This document shows, piece after piece, positions 9,185 through 19,192 of a stretch of DNA of 64,000 nt. The stretch covers positions 1 through 64,000 of the forward strand of contig JBGPQP010000002.1 of assembly GCA_041489155.1 (NCBI GenBank), given 5' to 3'. The translations under genes and the position numbers were made by a program. The notes beneath the pieces are model-generated. The model was not told where the DNA came from. It did no database searches and worked only from the letters and a program-made list of their open reading frames with translations. Source of the DNA: Candidatus Aenigmatarchaeota archaeon (GTDB taxonomy: Archaea > Aenigmatarchaeota > Aenigmatarchaeia > QMZP01 > QMZT01). Within the stretch, counting starts at the first letter, position 1. The number at the start of each line of letters is the position of its first letter.

Positions 9185-9831
9185 AATTTATTATTATTCA
9201 CATTCTTTATTAACCTCTTTTCAACCCTGTTATTGGTCGCGTGTTTTCCCCATTCCACTATCAGGGCGTGAAATTCCTTGTAGAGCGAAACTTCCCTAGG
9301 AAGATGTTTTTCGAAATAATGCCTGAGGCTTTCATAGTCCGTCTCTGTTTTCAGGCCAAGTGATTTGATGAATCTTTTTGTATACGCATCTACCACGAAG
9401 TACGGCCTGCCGCAGGCGTAGAGCAGGATTGAATCGCAGGTTTCGAAGCCGATACCTTTGACTTTCAGCAGTTCCTCCCTCCTAACCTTTTTCCTGAATT
9501 TGCCGAAGCTGCCGAAAGCGAGAACGAATCTCGCCAGCGTTTTCAGCCGCTCGGCTTTCTGTCTGTAAAAACCGGACGGCCGTATGATTTCCTCAAGCCT
9601 TTGTTTTTTTGTTTCCAGAACAGAAGTCGGGGTTACGATTTTGTTTTCGAGCAGATTTTGCAGCGCGCGTTCGACGTTCCTCCAGCTGGTGTTCTGCGTC
9701 AGAATCGCGCCCACGCAGACCTCCCATTCCCTGGGCCTGAAATTCCTGCTTGAGGGCCACCACTCCTGGCGGCCATGCGCTTTCAGCAGCTTCTCGTATT
9801 CGTTCAGTAGGTCAGTCGCTTCGATGGCCAT
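9181..9831 (-). CDS. Endonuclease III-related HhH-GPD DNA glycosylase
   Basis: GAILTQNTSW, LLKVKGIGFETCDSILLY (HhH), VVDAY. Confidence 0.9.
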   Translation of the reverse strand: MAIEATDLLNEYEKLLKAHGRQEWWPSSRNFRPREWEVCVGAILTQNTSWRNVERALQNLLENKIVTPTSVLETKKQRLEEIIRPSGFYRQKAERLKTLARFVLAFGSFGKFRKKVRREELLKVKGIGFETCDSILLYACGRPYFVVDAYTKRFIKSLGLKTETDYESLRHYFEKHLPREVSLYKEFHALIVEWGKHATNNRVEKRLIKNVNNNKL

Positions 9832-9866
9832 GGAGTTAATTTAAAAGCAGGAAATAAAACTTATGC

Positions 9867-10622
9867 GTGATTCCCGTGAAATTCGACGCGATCGGTTTCG
9901 ACTACGGCAACACGCTGGTAATCGACCCGTTCGACAGGGTCATGAAAATGAAAGGTGTCGACTTCGTGAGGATAATGGAGGCGAACGGCTACGAGGTCGA
10001 CAAGAAGAAGCTCGTTGACGCCTGGGCGGAGACCAACAGGAACCTTAACTATCCCCACTGCTCGCATTTCGCGCAGGAGGTCCCGCTCGTCCGCGCGATG
10101 CTGGAGGCGCTCGGCGTAAAGAAGACCGACCGCGTTAGGCTGAGTCAGCAACTGCTCGTAGCGTACAGGAGCGGCCTCAAATACACGCTGAGGAACGACA
10201 GGCAGCTCGCGCAAGTGAAGGAAACGCTCGCCTCGCTGAAAGGCAAGGGAAAGAAGCTCTTTATAATATCGAATGAAAAGGTCGATACGCTCGATGCGCA
10301 GCTTCACTGGACGGGCCTGAACAGGTTTTTTGACAAGATTATTGCTTCGAAAAGGTTTGGCGCGGAGAAGCCCGACCCTGCGATATTCAAGTACGCAATC
10401 AGGTTTTTCGACATGCCGAAGGAGCGCGTGCTTTTCGTCGGCGACGACCCGCAGAGGGACATAAAACCCGCGAAGGAAGTCGGCCTCAAGGCAGCGATTC
10501 TCGAAAGACCGAGGGATGAAAGCGTCGCCTCGTGGAGGGACTACAGCTTCGAGCTTAAGGAAAACGAGAAGCCGGACTTCGTGATAAAGCAGATAAACGA
10601 ACTGCTGCAGATAGTCGAATAA
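9867..10622 (+). CDS. HAD-superfamily hydrolase
   Basis: FDYGNTL motif I, ISN, KPDPAIF, FVGDD motif IV. Confidence 0.9.
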   Translation: MIPVKFDAIGFDYGNTLVIDPFDRVMKMKGVDFVRIMEANGYEVDKKKLVDAWAETNRNLNYPHCSHFAQEVPLVRAMLEALGVKKTDRVRLSQQLLVAYRSGLKYTLRNDRQLAQVKETLASLKGKGKKLFIISNEKVDTLDAQLHWTGLNRFFDKIIASKRFGAEKPDPAIFKYAIRFFDMPKERVLFVGDDPQRDIKPAKEVGLKAAILERPRDESVASWRDYSFELKENEKPDFVIKQINELLQIVE

Positions 10623-10796
10623 CGCTTGCACGGGCTCATAATTTATATATTCATACTACTTATGGGCATACCCTTCGAACCCACCCCCCTTCCTGGAACA
10701 TTAACCGTTTGTTAAATCGACCAAAAATTTAGTAGAAATTTTATATGAATATACTATTTAATCCCTATCATGTACGGTTCCGGGATTGTCTCCGAG

Positions 10797-12191
10797 TTAT
10801 CTCGTTTTTACCCTTGAATAAAGCGCGAAGAAAAGGACGAAAAACGGCAGGATTTCCAGTCTGCCCAGCAGCATGTCGATGATTAAAATGACCTTTCCGG
10901 CGGGATTCATGACAGCGATGTCCATCGTCGTCAGCCCGACCGTCCCTTCCGCAGACGCGGAAACGAAGAAAGAGTCCATGGGTGTGTAGCCCATGAAACT
11001 GAGCAGCATCGAGGAGATTATAAGTATGAAAATGTAGGCGAAGGAGAACAGCGAGATTATCGTCAGCTCCTCGTCGCCTATGGTGCGCCTGTTGAACTTG
11101 AACGGCACGACAGCGGAGCTGGGATAGAAAACCTTCTTGCTGACCCACGTCATGGCCTTGCCGAGCACGCCGACCCTCGCCAGCTTCAGGCCGCCTGCGA
11201 TGGAGCCTGCGAAGCCTCCGATTATCATCACGAGCACAAGCAGGAATTTCGAGAGCTCGGGATAAGCGTGAATCCCGAGGTTGAAGCCTGTCGTGGTCAG
11301 GGCGGAGAACGTATTGAATACGCCTGTCCTTATCGGCTCCGCTACGGGAAGGAAGGAAAGCGAAACCAGGACCGAGAATACTATTATCAGCGCCCAGAAC
11401 AGCTGCACCTCGCTGTTCCTGAAGTATTCGCGGTAGTCCCTGCTGAAGATTTTCTTGTGCAGGAAGAGCGACGTCGCTCCCAGGACCATGAGTACTATTG
11501 CGGCTATCTCTATGAGCGTGCTTGAGTAATAGCCGAGCGACGCGTTCTTGACCGAGAAGCCTCCCGTCGAGATCGCAGTCATCGCGTGGTTGAGCGAGTC
11601 GAAGGCAGGCATGCCAGCGAGGAGGAAGAGAAAAATGCCTGCGATGGTCAGGATGCCGTAAATCATGAGAATCCTTTTCATGGCAAGATAAACGTTGCCC
11701 TCAATCCGGTGCGTCTTTATCTCTGACCTGTACATGTAATACGCGGACATGCCCGGAGATGAAAGCAGCAGAATTATTATCACGAGCATTCCCAAACCAC
11801 CTAACCATTGGGTCATCGAACGCCAGAAAAGGATCGAATTCGGCATGCTCTCTGGCGTCGCTGTCGTAAGGCCTGTCGTGGTGAAGCCTGAAACCGATTC
11901 GAACAGCGCGTCAAGCGGCGGCAGGTGGTCGAGATAGACGATGGAGCCGAGCATCGAGACCGCGACGAAGGCGAAGCCAGCGAGCACCATCGCAGAGCCC
12001 AGCATCAGGTTTTCCCTCTTGAACTTCTTTATCAGCACCAAACCAGCGGCGAAGGATATGAACGAGCCGAGCATGAAAGGCACGTAAACGCCTTCCTGAT
12101 AATAAAGGCTGACGATGAGAGGGACGAGCATGAAGACCGCGAGTGCGATGAGGACGAAGCCGAGGTACGAGAAGACGGATTTCCAGTTCAT
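10797..12191 (-). CDS. trkH: TrkH-type K+ uptake membrane protein
   Basis: SGFTTTG, STGGFS, GSIAGGLK, LGRLEI motifs; many TM helices. Confidence 0.92.
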   Translation of the reverse strand: MNWKSVFSYLGFVLIALAVFMLVPLIVSLYYQEGVYVPFMLGSFISFAAGLVLIKKFKRENLMLGSAMVLAGFAFVAVSMLGSIVYLDHLPPLDALFESVSGFTTTGLTTATPESMPNSILFWRSMTQWLGGLGMLVIIILLLSSPGMSAYYMYRSEIKTHRIEGNVYLAMKRILMIYGILTIAGIFLFLLAGMPAFDSLNHAMTAISTGGFSVKNASLGYYSSTLIEIAAIVLMVLGATSLFLHKKIFSRDYREYFRNSEVQLFWALIIVFSVLVSLSFLPVAEPIRTGVFNTFSALTTTGFNLGIHAYPELSKFLLVLVMIIGGFAGSIAGGLKLARVGVLGKAMTWVSKKVFYPSSAVVPFKFNRRTIGDEELTIISLFSFAYIFILIISSMLLSFMGYTPMDSFFVSASAEGTVGLTTMDIAVMNPAGKVILIIDMLLGRLEILPFFVLFFALYSRVKTR

Positions 12192-12258
12192 AATTATTAA
12201 TGTAAACTAATGTAATATTAAATTGAGCTCATCTGGTTCGGTTTTGAGGCTGGGGCGT

Positions 12259-13797
12259 ATGAAAGGATTCATGCACATCGTCGAGATACTGATGGTGGTC
12301 GTGCTGCTTTTCCTCGTCTTCGCGCAGTTCGCGGCAATCCCCGACATTTCAGGCGACTGGCCGGAAACGAAGCTCAGCCTTATGGCGTATGACATCCTGA
12401 CGACTTTCGAAAAGAAGGACGTCTCCTGGTTCAACCAGTCCTCGCTGGCAAAGGAATTCAACAACACGCTTCCGGCGAACGTAATATATTCCGTGACGCT
12501 GCAGAACGTGCTGAAGCCGAAAATAAAGATAGGCTGCCTCTGCACGGGCAGCGAATACGCAATAGTCAAGAATATCCTGACCCCGGATTCCTTGGTGATA
12601 AACGGCCTGAACACGAGCTTCGAACTGGTTCAGATAGGCAGCGTGAACGAGCTATTCTCGCTGGATTTCGACGTCGCCCTTGTCTACGGGCACCACCAGG
12701 ATTACGAAGGCCTCGCCGGCAACCCCATGCCGCTGAGACGTTTCCTCGATTACGACAAGGGCGTGGTGGAGATAATAGACCAGCCAAAAATCGATGCCTT
12801 ACAGCAGAACTATTTCGGGCTTAGCACGAGCAGCACCATGTCCAACAGCTCGTGGATGGTGTTTTCCTCGCCGAGCGAAATAAACGGGAGAGACACGAAC
12901 AAGATTTACGATTATTTCAACCACATCCCGATGTTTTCCGATTCCTTCGAAAGCGCGGACCAGTGGTTCGGCGGGTCGATGTCAAGCCAGGGGAATCCTC
13001 CGCCGTCCATAAGCCTGACGGACAACAACTGCGTTTCGGATCATGAATCCGCTGTGACCAGATTCTATAATACTTTCAGGACCGGGGAGATAGACTTCGA
13101 CGTCCGCCTTTCCACCGGCGCTTCGCTGCTCTTGGGTTTCGGCAGAAGTTCTGATTACGAATATTTTGCCATGCTTTCCTCGAACCAGTCAGGAGGATAC
13201 GATGCGTTCCTCCGCAAAGCGCCATACCAGTCCATAGGTTCCAATGTCTCGCATCTTACAGCGCCCGGTATCTGGCATCATATAAAGATAGTCGTGAAAA
13301 TGAACGAGCTTGCGCTTTACAACGACGGCCAGAAAGTCGCCATCGGCCAGGCTGCCGGCCTGCTGTATTCCAGCATAATCCTGATAAACAAATGCGGCGA
13401 GGCGCTGGTCGACAACGTGCGCATAACGCAGACGCAGCCGAAAGAATTCGAAAACTTCCTGAACGGCGAAAACACGACCCAGTTCACCGGCAACCTTAAC
13501 AAAATCCTGCTGCTGCAGAAGGGGACGAGCCTTCCGGCATGCGTAATCAATTACAACATATACACGTCCGAGGAAAGGATAGGCAACGGCAGGACTGCGT
13601 GGCTTTCGGAAGCGGCTTCAGTATCGGATGACTACAGGACGCTGGTGAAGGCGCTTCTGGCATGGGCCGCGGGTGACGAATACCAGGTGATAAAGGCAGA
13701 TATCAAAAAACCGATTTCCGCTTACATCTACAAGCCGCTGAACAAGGACATGATGCAGAACATGAAAATCGTAATCCAACTCGGCTACCTTTACTAG
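12259..13797 (+). CDS. Class III signal peptide (pilin-like) protein with a concanavalin/LamG-like insert
   Basis: MKG/FMHIVE followed by a hydrophobic stretch; WHHIKI...LYNDG..V...VDNVRI LamG-like pattern. Confidence 0.65.
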   Translation: MKGFMHIVEILMVVVLLFLVFAQFAAIPDISGDWPETKLSLMAYDILTTFEKKDVSWFNQSSLAKEFNNTLPANVIYSVTLQNVLKPKIKIGCLCTGSEYAIVKNILTPDSLVINGLNTSFELVQIGSVNELFSLDFDVALVYGHHQDYEGLAGNPMPLRRFLDYDKGVVEIIDQPKIDALQQNYFGLSTSSTMSNSSWMVFSSPSEINGRDTNKIYDYFNHIPMFSDSFESADQWFGGSMSSQGNPPPSISLTDNNCVSDHESAVTRFYNTFRTGEIDFDVRLSTGASLLLGFGRSSDYEYFAMLSSNQSGGYDAFLRKAPYQSIGSNVSHLTAPGIWHHIKIVVKMNELALYNDGQKVAIGQAAGLLYSSIILINKCGEALVDNVRITQTQPKEFENFLNGENTTQFTGNLNKILLLQKGTSLPACVINYNIYTSEERIGNGRTAWLSEAASVSDDYRTLVKALLAWAAGDEYQVIKADIKKPISAYIYKPLNKDMMQNMKIVIQLGYLY

Positions 13798-13845
13798 CGC
13801 TTCAGTTCTGCCAAATCTTTTAATACGCATGCTCGAATAATTATT

Positions 13846-14166
13846 ATGGCCTATAATGATTACGGCGACGGACAGCAGGGCGCTGAGACGATCAGGGTAA
13901 GGACGCCGAGAGGCAATGAAGTCATAGGCCTCGTCGAGGAGATGCTCGGCGCAGGAAGGTTCAGGATAAGCTGCAACGACAAGAAAACAAGGATATGCAG
14001 GGTTTCCGGAAAATTCAAGAGAAAGCAGTGGATAAGGCCCGGAGACGTCGTCCTCGTGGAGCCGTGGGTGGTCGAGAGCGACGAGAAGGGCGACGTGATC
14101 TGGAAATACAGGCGCGCAGAAGTCGAATGGATGAGAAGAAGGGGCATGATGGGCAATATAGCGTGA
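13846..14166 (+). CDS. eif1a: Translation initiation factor aIF-1A
   Basis: VEEMLG...WIRPGDVVLVEPW...KGDVIWKY. Confidence 0.95.
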   Translation: MAYNDYGDGQQGAETIRVRTPRGNEVIGLVEEMLGAGRFRISCNDKKTRICRVSGKFKRKQWIRPGDVVLVEPWVVESDEKGDVIWKYRRAEVEWMRRRGMMGNIA

Positions 14167-14228
14167 ATTGCGTTGCCTGATTTTCGTCTGCTTTTGAAAC
14201 ATTTAAGTGCGCTTCGCTGTAATTAAAA

Positions 14229-14738
14229 TTGTTTATGATAGAACCCGTAAAAATCCCGGAACAGAGGAAAGGCGTCCTTATAGGAAAGGACGGCTCGACA
14301 AAGAAGGGGATAGAGGCAAGGACGCGCACGAAGATAACCGTGAACAACGGCATCGAGATAGACGGCGAGCCGCTTGACGTCCTGAAGGCGAAGGAGATAG
14401 TCAAGGCGATAGGCCGCGGCTTCGCGCCGGATAAGGCGATGAAGCTGATAAGCGATGATTACAGGCTTGTTGTCATCAGCCTCGGCGACGAAACCGAAAA
14501 GCGGATGAAAAGGATTTTCTCGAGAATAATAGGGAAGGCAGGCAAGTCAAGGAGAATTCTCGAGCATCTGACCAAAACGGATATATGCATCTACGGCAAA
14601 ACAATTTCTATTATAGGCAACTGGAGCAACGCCGAAAAAGCGAACGAAGCGATAGAGCTGCTCGTAAAGGGCAAGACGCACGCGTATGTTTACCGCTGCC
14701 TGGAAAGCGACATGAAGGCTTCGGAGGAAGGCGAATGA
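14229..14738 (+). CDS. KH-domain RNA-processing protein (Dim2/Pno1 family)
   Basis: GVLIGKDG, AIGRGF, RIIGKAGK KH motifs; typical position between aIF-1A and top6B. Confidence 0.9.
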   Translation: MFMIEPVKIPEQRKGVLIGKDGSTKKGIEARTRTKITVNNGIEIDGEPLDVLKAKEIVKAIGRGFAPDKAMKLISDDYRLVVISLGDETEKRMKRIFSRIIGKAGKSRRILEHLTKTDICIYGKTISIIGNWSNAEKANEAIELLVKGKTHAYVYRCLESDMKASEEGE

Positions 14739-16483
14739 AGGGCGCTGAGGAAATGGCCAGGGAGCAGAGGGAAATTTCGGTCTCGGAGTTCTTCGAGAAG
14801 AACAGGCATCTGCTCGGCTACGACAACAAGGCGAAAGCGCTGCTCATGATAGTTAAGGAAGGGGTTGACAACGCGCTTGACGCGACCGAAGAGGCGGGGA
14901 TTCTGCCGGAGCTTTATGTAAGCGTCAGGCAGCTGGCGGAAGAGAAATACGAGATAGTCATAAAGGACAACGGGCCCGGCATCGTTGAAAAACAGATACC
15001 GAGGATTTTCGGCAAGCTGCTTTACGGCTCGAAGTTCCACCGTTTAAAGCAGAACCGCGGGCAGCAGGGCATTGGCATTTCCGCTGCGACACTTTACACC
15101 CAGCTCACGACGGGCGAGCCGCTCGAAATAGTCAGCTCGATCGGCAACGGGAAATTGTATAAATATAAGATAAAGATCGACGTGCGCAAGAACGAGCCCA
15201 TAACAACCGACAGCATGACCGGGGAACGGGACAAGATAGCTGAATGGGTAGTCAGGAACGAAAGCGATAATAACGGGTCCTGGAGGGGGACACAGCTGAG
15301 GTTCGTGACCGAGGGCATTTACAGGGGTTACAAGCAGTCCATCCCCGAATACATAAGGCAGACCGCGATAGCAAATCCCCACGCAAGAATAATTTTCATG
15401 CCGCCCGACAACGAGGAGAACGTTTACGAGAGGGCAATAAATGTCATGCCGAAAGACCCGAAAGAGATAATGCCGCACCTGCACGGCGTCGAACTCGGCG
15501 TTTTCACCAGGATGCTCAGGGATACGAAGGCGAGGACTTTTTTCAGCTTCCTTACGTCCGAGTTCACAAAGGTCGGAAGGAAGACCGCAAAGGACATCTG
15601 CGCGAAGGCGGTGATAGAGGAGACGAAGAAGCCGAGGAAAATAACCGACGAGGAAATCAGGAAAATCATGGAGGCGATAAAGGCAGTCAAGCTGCTGAGG
15701 CCTCCGACCGACTGCCTCTCGCCGCTTGGCGAGCACGTGATAAAGGAAAGCCTGAGGAAGGAGCTCTCTCCCGAATGGATAGATGCCGTGGCCAGGCCGC
15801 CGGAAGTCTACAGGGGCTGGCCCTTCCAGGTCGAAGTGGGCATCGCCTACGCGGGCGGCGTCGGCGAGCCGAAGGTGATGAGATTCGCGAATCGCGTCCC
15901 GTTGCTTTACCAGCAGGGAGACTGCGCGATAACCAAGTCCATCGCCGGCGTGGAATGGAGAAGGTACGGCCTCGCGAACTTCATGAAAAGCGCTGCCGAG
16001 AATCCTGACCCGGTGGCGATATTCGTCCACGTGGTTTCCGTCTGGGTTCCCTTCACTTCCGAATCCAAGGAGGCGATTGCTTCCTATCCCGTCATAATCA
16101 AGGAGATAAAGCTCGCCCTGCAGGAATGCGGCCGCAAGCTGGGGCTTTACCTTTCCGGAAAACGCAGGAGCGAGTATCATCACCACCGCATGCTCACGCT
16201 CGAGAAATACGCGGGCGAGACCGCAAAAGCGCTCTCGGAACTGACGGACGAGGAGAAGGAAGAAATAAAGAAGCATCTTTTCGATCTCATAAATTCAAAA
16301 GGGTATAAATCAACGGAGGAAAAGGATGGAGGAAGAGAAGAAACTGAAGGAGCTGGGGAAAAGGGTAGTGAAGCAGATAGAAAAGAAGGAAAACCCAAAG
16401 CTGGAGCTGCCCGTCAGGTCACTATCGAACATATACTTCGACGAGAAAAACGGCCTGATCCAGCTCGGGGACAAGAAGAGTGA
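14735..16483 (+). CDS. top6B: DNA topoisomerase VI subunit B
   Basis: SEFFEKN, KEGVDNALD, DNGPGI, RGQQGIG GHKL motifs, RFANRVPL; ATGA overlap with upstream gene. Confidence 0.96.
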   Translation: MKGAEEMAREQREISVSEFFEKNRHLLGYDNKAKALLMIVKEGVDNALDATEEAGILPELYVSVRQLAEEKYEIVIKDNGPGIVEKQIPRIFGKLLYGSKFHRLKQNRGQQGIGISAATLYTQLTTGEPLEIVSSIGNGKLYKYKIKIDVRKNEPITTDSMTGERDKIAEWVVRNESDNNGSWRGTQLRFVTEGIYRGYKQSIPEYIRQTAIANPHARIIFMPPDNEENVYERAINVMPKDPKEIMPHLHGVELGVFTRMLRDTKARTFFSFLTSEFTKVGRKTAKDICAKAVIEETKKPRKITDEEIRKIMEAIKAVKLLRPPTDCLSPLGEHVIKESLRKELSPEWIDAVARPPEVYRGWPFQVEVGIAYAGGVGEPKVMRFANRVPLLYQQGDCAITKSIAGVEWRRYGLANFMKSAAENPDPVAIFVHVVSVWVPFTSESKEAIASYPVIIKEIKLALQECGRKLGLYLSGKRRSEYHHHRMLTLEKYAGETAKALSELTDEEKEEIKKHLFDLINSKGYKSTEEKDGGREETEGAGEKGSEADRKEGKPKAGAARQVTIEHILRREKRPDPARGQEE

Positions 16484-17405
16484 GCGCCTTTACCTTAACG
16501 TCGCGCACACGAAGAAATTCATGCAGACGCTGATGGTGGCGGCGGAATGCAAGAACATCAAGCAGCAGGGCGTAACGACATCGATTCGTGATCTTTACTA
16601 CGCGCTTAAGCGCACCATCCCCGGAACGCATGAAAACACCTTCGAGGAGCAGGACGAAAGCGACCCGGTAATAGAAGACCTGGAGGCGATGCTCGACACG
16701 CTCAGGGAAAGGCTGAACCTAAAGGCTGACCGCAAGGGGTACATGGCAGGCAACTTGACGCTCGTCGACATGGGCGACAGGATAAACTGCGCGAAGATGG
16801 GAAGCTCCGGGTGGGCGATTCCCAGCAACGTCGAAAGCGATATAATCCAGTTCGAGGACGTCAAAGCCGACTACATCTTGGTCGTAGAGAAAGACGCCGT
16901 CTGGCAGCGCCTCAACGAGGACAAATTCTGGAAGAATCACAAATGCCTCATAATCACCGGCAAGGGCCAGCCGGCAAGAGGAACTCGCCGTCTTGTGAAC
17001 CGCCTCCATCACGAATTCAAGCTTCCGGTTTACGTCCTGTGCGACGCGGACTGCTACGGGTATTACATACATTCGGTAATCAAGCAGGGTTCCATCAACC
17101 TCTCCTTCCTTTCCGACCGGCTTGGAACGCCGGACGCCAAATACATCGGCCTCACGACGCTCGATGTCGAGAAGTTCGCCATCCCTCACAACGTGACCAT
17201 CAGGATGAACAACCTCGACATCAAGAGGACGAAAGAACTGCTGGGATACGTGTGGTTCAAGCCGAAGGAATGGCAGAAAGAATTGAAGAATATGCTCAAG
17301 ATGGGCTACAAGCTAGAGCTTGAAGCCCTGTCGGCGAAGGGCATAAGGTTCATCTCGGAAAAATACCTACCCGAAAAGATAAAACAGGAAGACTTCCTTC
17401 CCTGA
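16326..17405 (+). CDS. top6A: DNA topoisomerase VI subunit A
   Basis: RDLYY (catalytic Tyr), EQDESD, VEKDA, GKGQP, DADCYG toprim. Confidence 0.96.
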   Translation: MEEEKKLKELGKRVVKQIEKKENPKLELPVRSLSNIYFDEKNGLIQLGDKKSERLYLNVAHTKKFMQTLMVAAECKNIKQQGVTTSIRDLYYALKRTIPGTHENTFEEQDESDPVIEDLEAMLDTLRERLNLKADRKGYMAGNLTLVDMGDRINCAKMGSSGWAIPSNVESDIIQFEDVKADYILVVEKDAVWQRLNEDKFWKNHKCLIITGKGQPARGTRRLVNRLHHEFKLPVYVLCDADCYGYYIHSVIKQGSINLSFLSDRLGTPDAKYIGLTTLDVEKFAIPHNVTIRMNNLDIKRTKELLGYVWFKPKEWQKELKNMLKMGYKLELEALSAKGIRFISEKYLPEKIKQEDFLP

Positions 17406-17508
17406 AACAGCCGCCAAGAATTTACACCTATAAGAAATGCTACAAACCGCCGGATATCTTTTAGGAACAAAACCTTTTTATTTCTGGCTGGATTTAAATG
17501 ATAGTATT

Positions 17509-17619
17509 GTCCCGGTAGCTCAGTCGGTAGAGCGTTCGGCTGTTAGGTGCCTGAAAGCGTCGGAGACGCTTTCCTTCGCCGAAACCGAAAGGTCGCCGGT
17601 TCGAACCCGGCCCGGGACG
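17509..17619 (+). tRNA. tRNA-Asn(GTT) with 38-nt intron at 37/38 (17546-17583)
   Basis: Acceptor GTCCCGG/CCGGGAC, anticodon stem TTCGG/CCGAA, CT-GTT-A, TTCGAAC T-loop; hairpin intron with relaxed BHB. Confidence 0.92.
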
Positions 17620-17694
17620 TATTCAGCGAAAGACGCAGACAGCACCTGCGTCACGCTGCCTTTCTGATTTAAATCTTGCCGCCATAACTTAAGC

Positions 17695-17967
17695 ATGGAG
17701 CTTTTTGACGTCGTAGACAAGCACTGCGACATCCGCCTTCTCAGGACGAACTGCAACTTCAGGAACTGCAGCAGGAAACCGGGGAAGGAAATGCTAATTC
17801 TGCAGCTGGACATGAACACCGCGAAAAGGAAGGGCATCGTTTCGCTCTACCTTTGCCCTGAACATTACGAGGAAATGGAAAGGGTGCTGGAAGGGATAGT
17901 GGGCAAGTTCAAGGACAGGAAAATATACAAAATAATACAGTCCGACCTTGGTTATCCCAAGCGTTGA
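17695..17967 (+). CDS. Small Cys/His-containing hypothetical protein (possible Zn finger)
   Basis: 90-aa ORF between two tRNAs; CNFRNC and CPEH motifs. Confidence 0.65.
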   Translation: MELFDVVDKHCDIRLLRTNCNFRNCSRKPGKEMLILQLDMNTAKRKGIVSLYLCPEHYEEMERVLEGIVGKFKDRKIYKIIQSDLGYPKR

Positions 17968-18003
17968 TTTTTAAATAACACATGGATTAAATATTGCTTA
18001 TAC

Positions 18004-18077
18004 GGGACAGTAGCTCAGCCCGGGAGAGCGCTCGGCTGAAGACCGATAGGTCGTGGGTTCAAATCCCACCTGTCCCA
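18004..18077 (+). tRNA. tRNA-Phe(GAA)
   Basis: Acceptor GGGACAG/CTGTCCC, CT-GAA-GA loop, GTGGG-TTCAAAT-CCCAC T arm. Confidence 0.95.
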
Positions 18078-18121
18078 TGCTTCTTTTTTATGTTTTTATT
18101 GTCTGCTTTCAAAAATTTCCT

Positions 18122-19192
18122 ATGAAAAAAATAACAGAAGGTAGGGCGGAAATTTTCGTGCCGGAAGAATCGCTGACGAAGGCGTCGGAAACGTTCTACA
18201 ATCCCGCGATGGAGCACCAGAGGAACGTGACGGTCGCATGCGTAAGGCTCGCCGGAGCGAAAAACGCCCTGGACCCGCTAGCGGCGACGGGCGTCCGCGG
18301 CATCCGTCTGCTGAAAGAGGCAAAAGCCGGCAGCGTCGTGTTCAACGACATCAATCCCAGCGCCATAAAGCTCATCAGAAAGAACCTTGCCCTCAACAAA
18401 ATCAGGGAAGGCTCATACGAAATCAGCAGAAAAGACGCCAACCAGCTTTTCCTCGAGAAAAACAGGTTCGACTACGTCGACATAGACCCCTTCGGCTCGC
18501 CCATAAAATATCTGAGAAGCGTCGCCTATTCGCTCAGGAATGGCTCGCTCCTCGGCGTGACCGCAACGGACTCGGGAGCGCTTGCCGGCAAATTCGCAGA
18601 AGCGTGCTTCAGGAGATACGGCATGTTCGTAAGCGAGACGGATTTTCCAAAAGAGCTGGGGGTGCGCGTGCTCATTACTTCGATCCTCAAAAACCTAGCA
18701 ACACACAACATGACCTTCGAGCCGCTTTATTCGCATGCGAACCATTACTTCCGCGTCATCGGACGCGTATCGTATGGCCCTGAAAAGAACATCTCTAAAA
18801 TAAGCATGGTCTCTTACTGCCCGAAATGCCACAACAGAAAAATCGGCATTGATAGCCGCTGCGATAACTGCAAAGGCAAAATGAAACACATCGGTCCCAT
18901 CTGGACCGGAAAAATTCAGGACCGCGAGTTCTGCAAACGCATGCTTGCATCGTTCGAATTCCAAGGGAAAAAGGAGATAGAGCTTTCAGCCGAAGAGATA
19001 GATCATCCATTCTACTACGATGTCCACATGCTGGCCCAGTCGCTGAAGGCGAGTCCGCCGAAAATGGAGACGCTAATCGAAAAACTGAGATCGAAAGGCT
19101 TCGAGGCGTCGAGGACTCACCTAGAGCCGATGGGCATAAAGACTGATGCCGATGTTAAAGAAATAAAGGAAATTTTATTTTCCTGCAAATGA
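18122..19192 (+). CDS. trm1: tRNA (guanine26-N2)-dimethyltransferase Trm1
   Basis: FYNPAM, ATGVRGIR, DIDPFGSP, VTATD, GPIWTG; start moved downstream of tRNA-Phe. Confidence 0.93.
   Translation: MKKITEGRAEIFVPEESLTKASETFYNPAMEHQRNVTVACVRLAGAKNALDPLAATGVRGIRLLKEAKAGSVVFNDINPSAIKLIRKNLALNKIREGSYEISRKDANQLFLEKNRFDYVDIDPFGSPIKYLRSVAYSLRNGSLLGVTATDSGALAGKFAEACFRRYGMFVSETDFPKELGVRVLITSILKNLATHNMTFEPLYSHANHYFRVIGRVSYGPEKNISKISMVSYCPKCHNRKIGIDSRCDNCKGKMKHIGPIWTGKIQDREFCKRMLASFEFQGKKEIELSAEEIDHPFYYDVHMLAQSLKASPPKMETLIEKLRSKGFEASRTHLEPMGIKTDADVKEIKEILFSCK

Noticed and set aside
10660..10705. TTCGAACCC T-loop-like string and a 13-codon ORF after a TATA-like box
   Set aside because: No cloverleaf can be built and the ORF is too short to support.
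17437..18121. ORF 17437..17667 and the upstream extension of trm1 from 18053
   Set aside because: They overlap tRNA-Asn and tRNA-Phe; trm1 starts at 18122.
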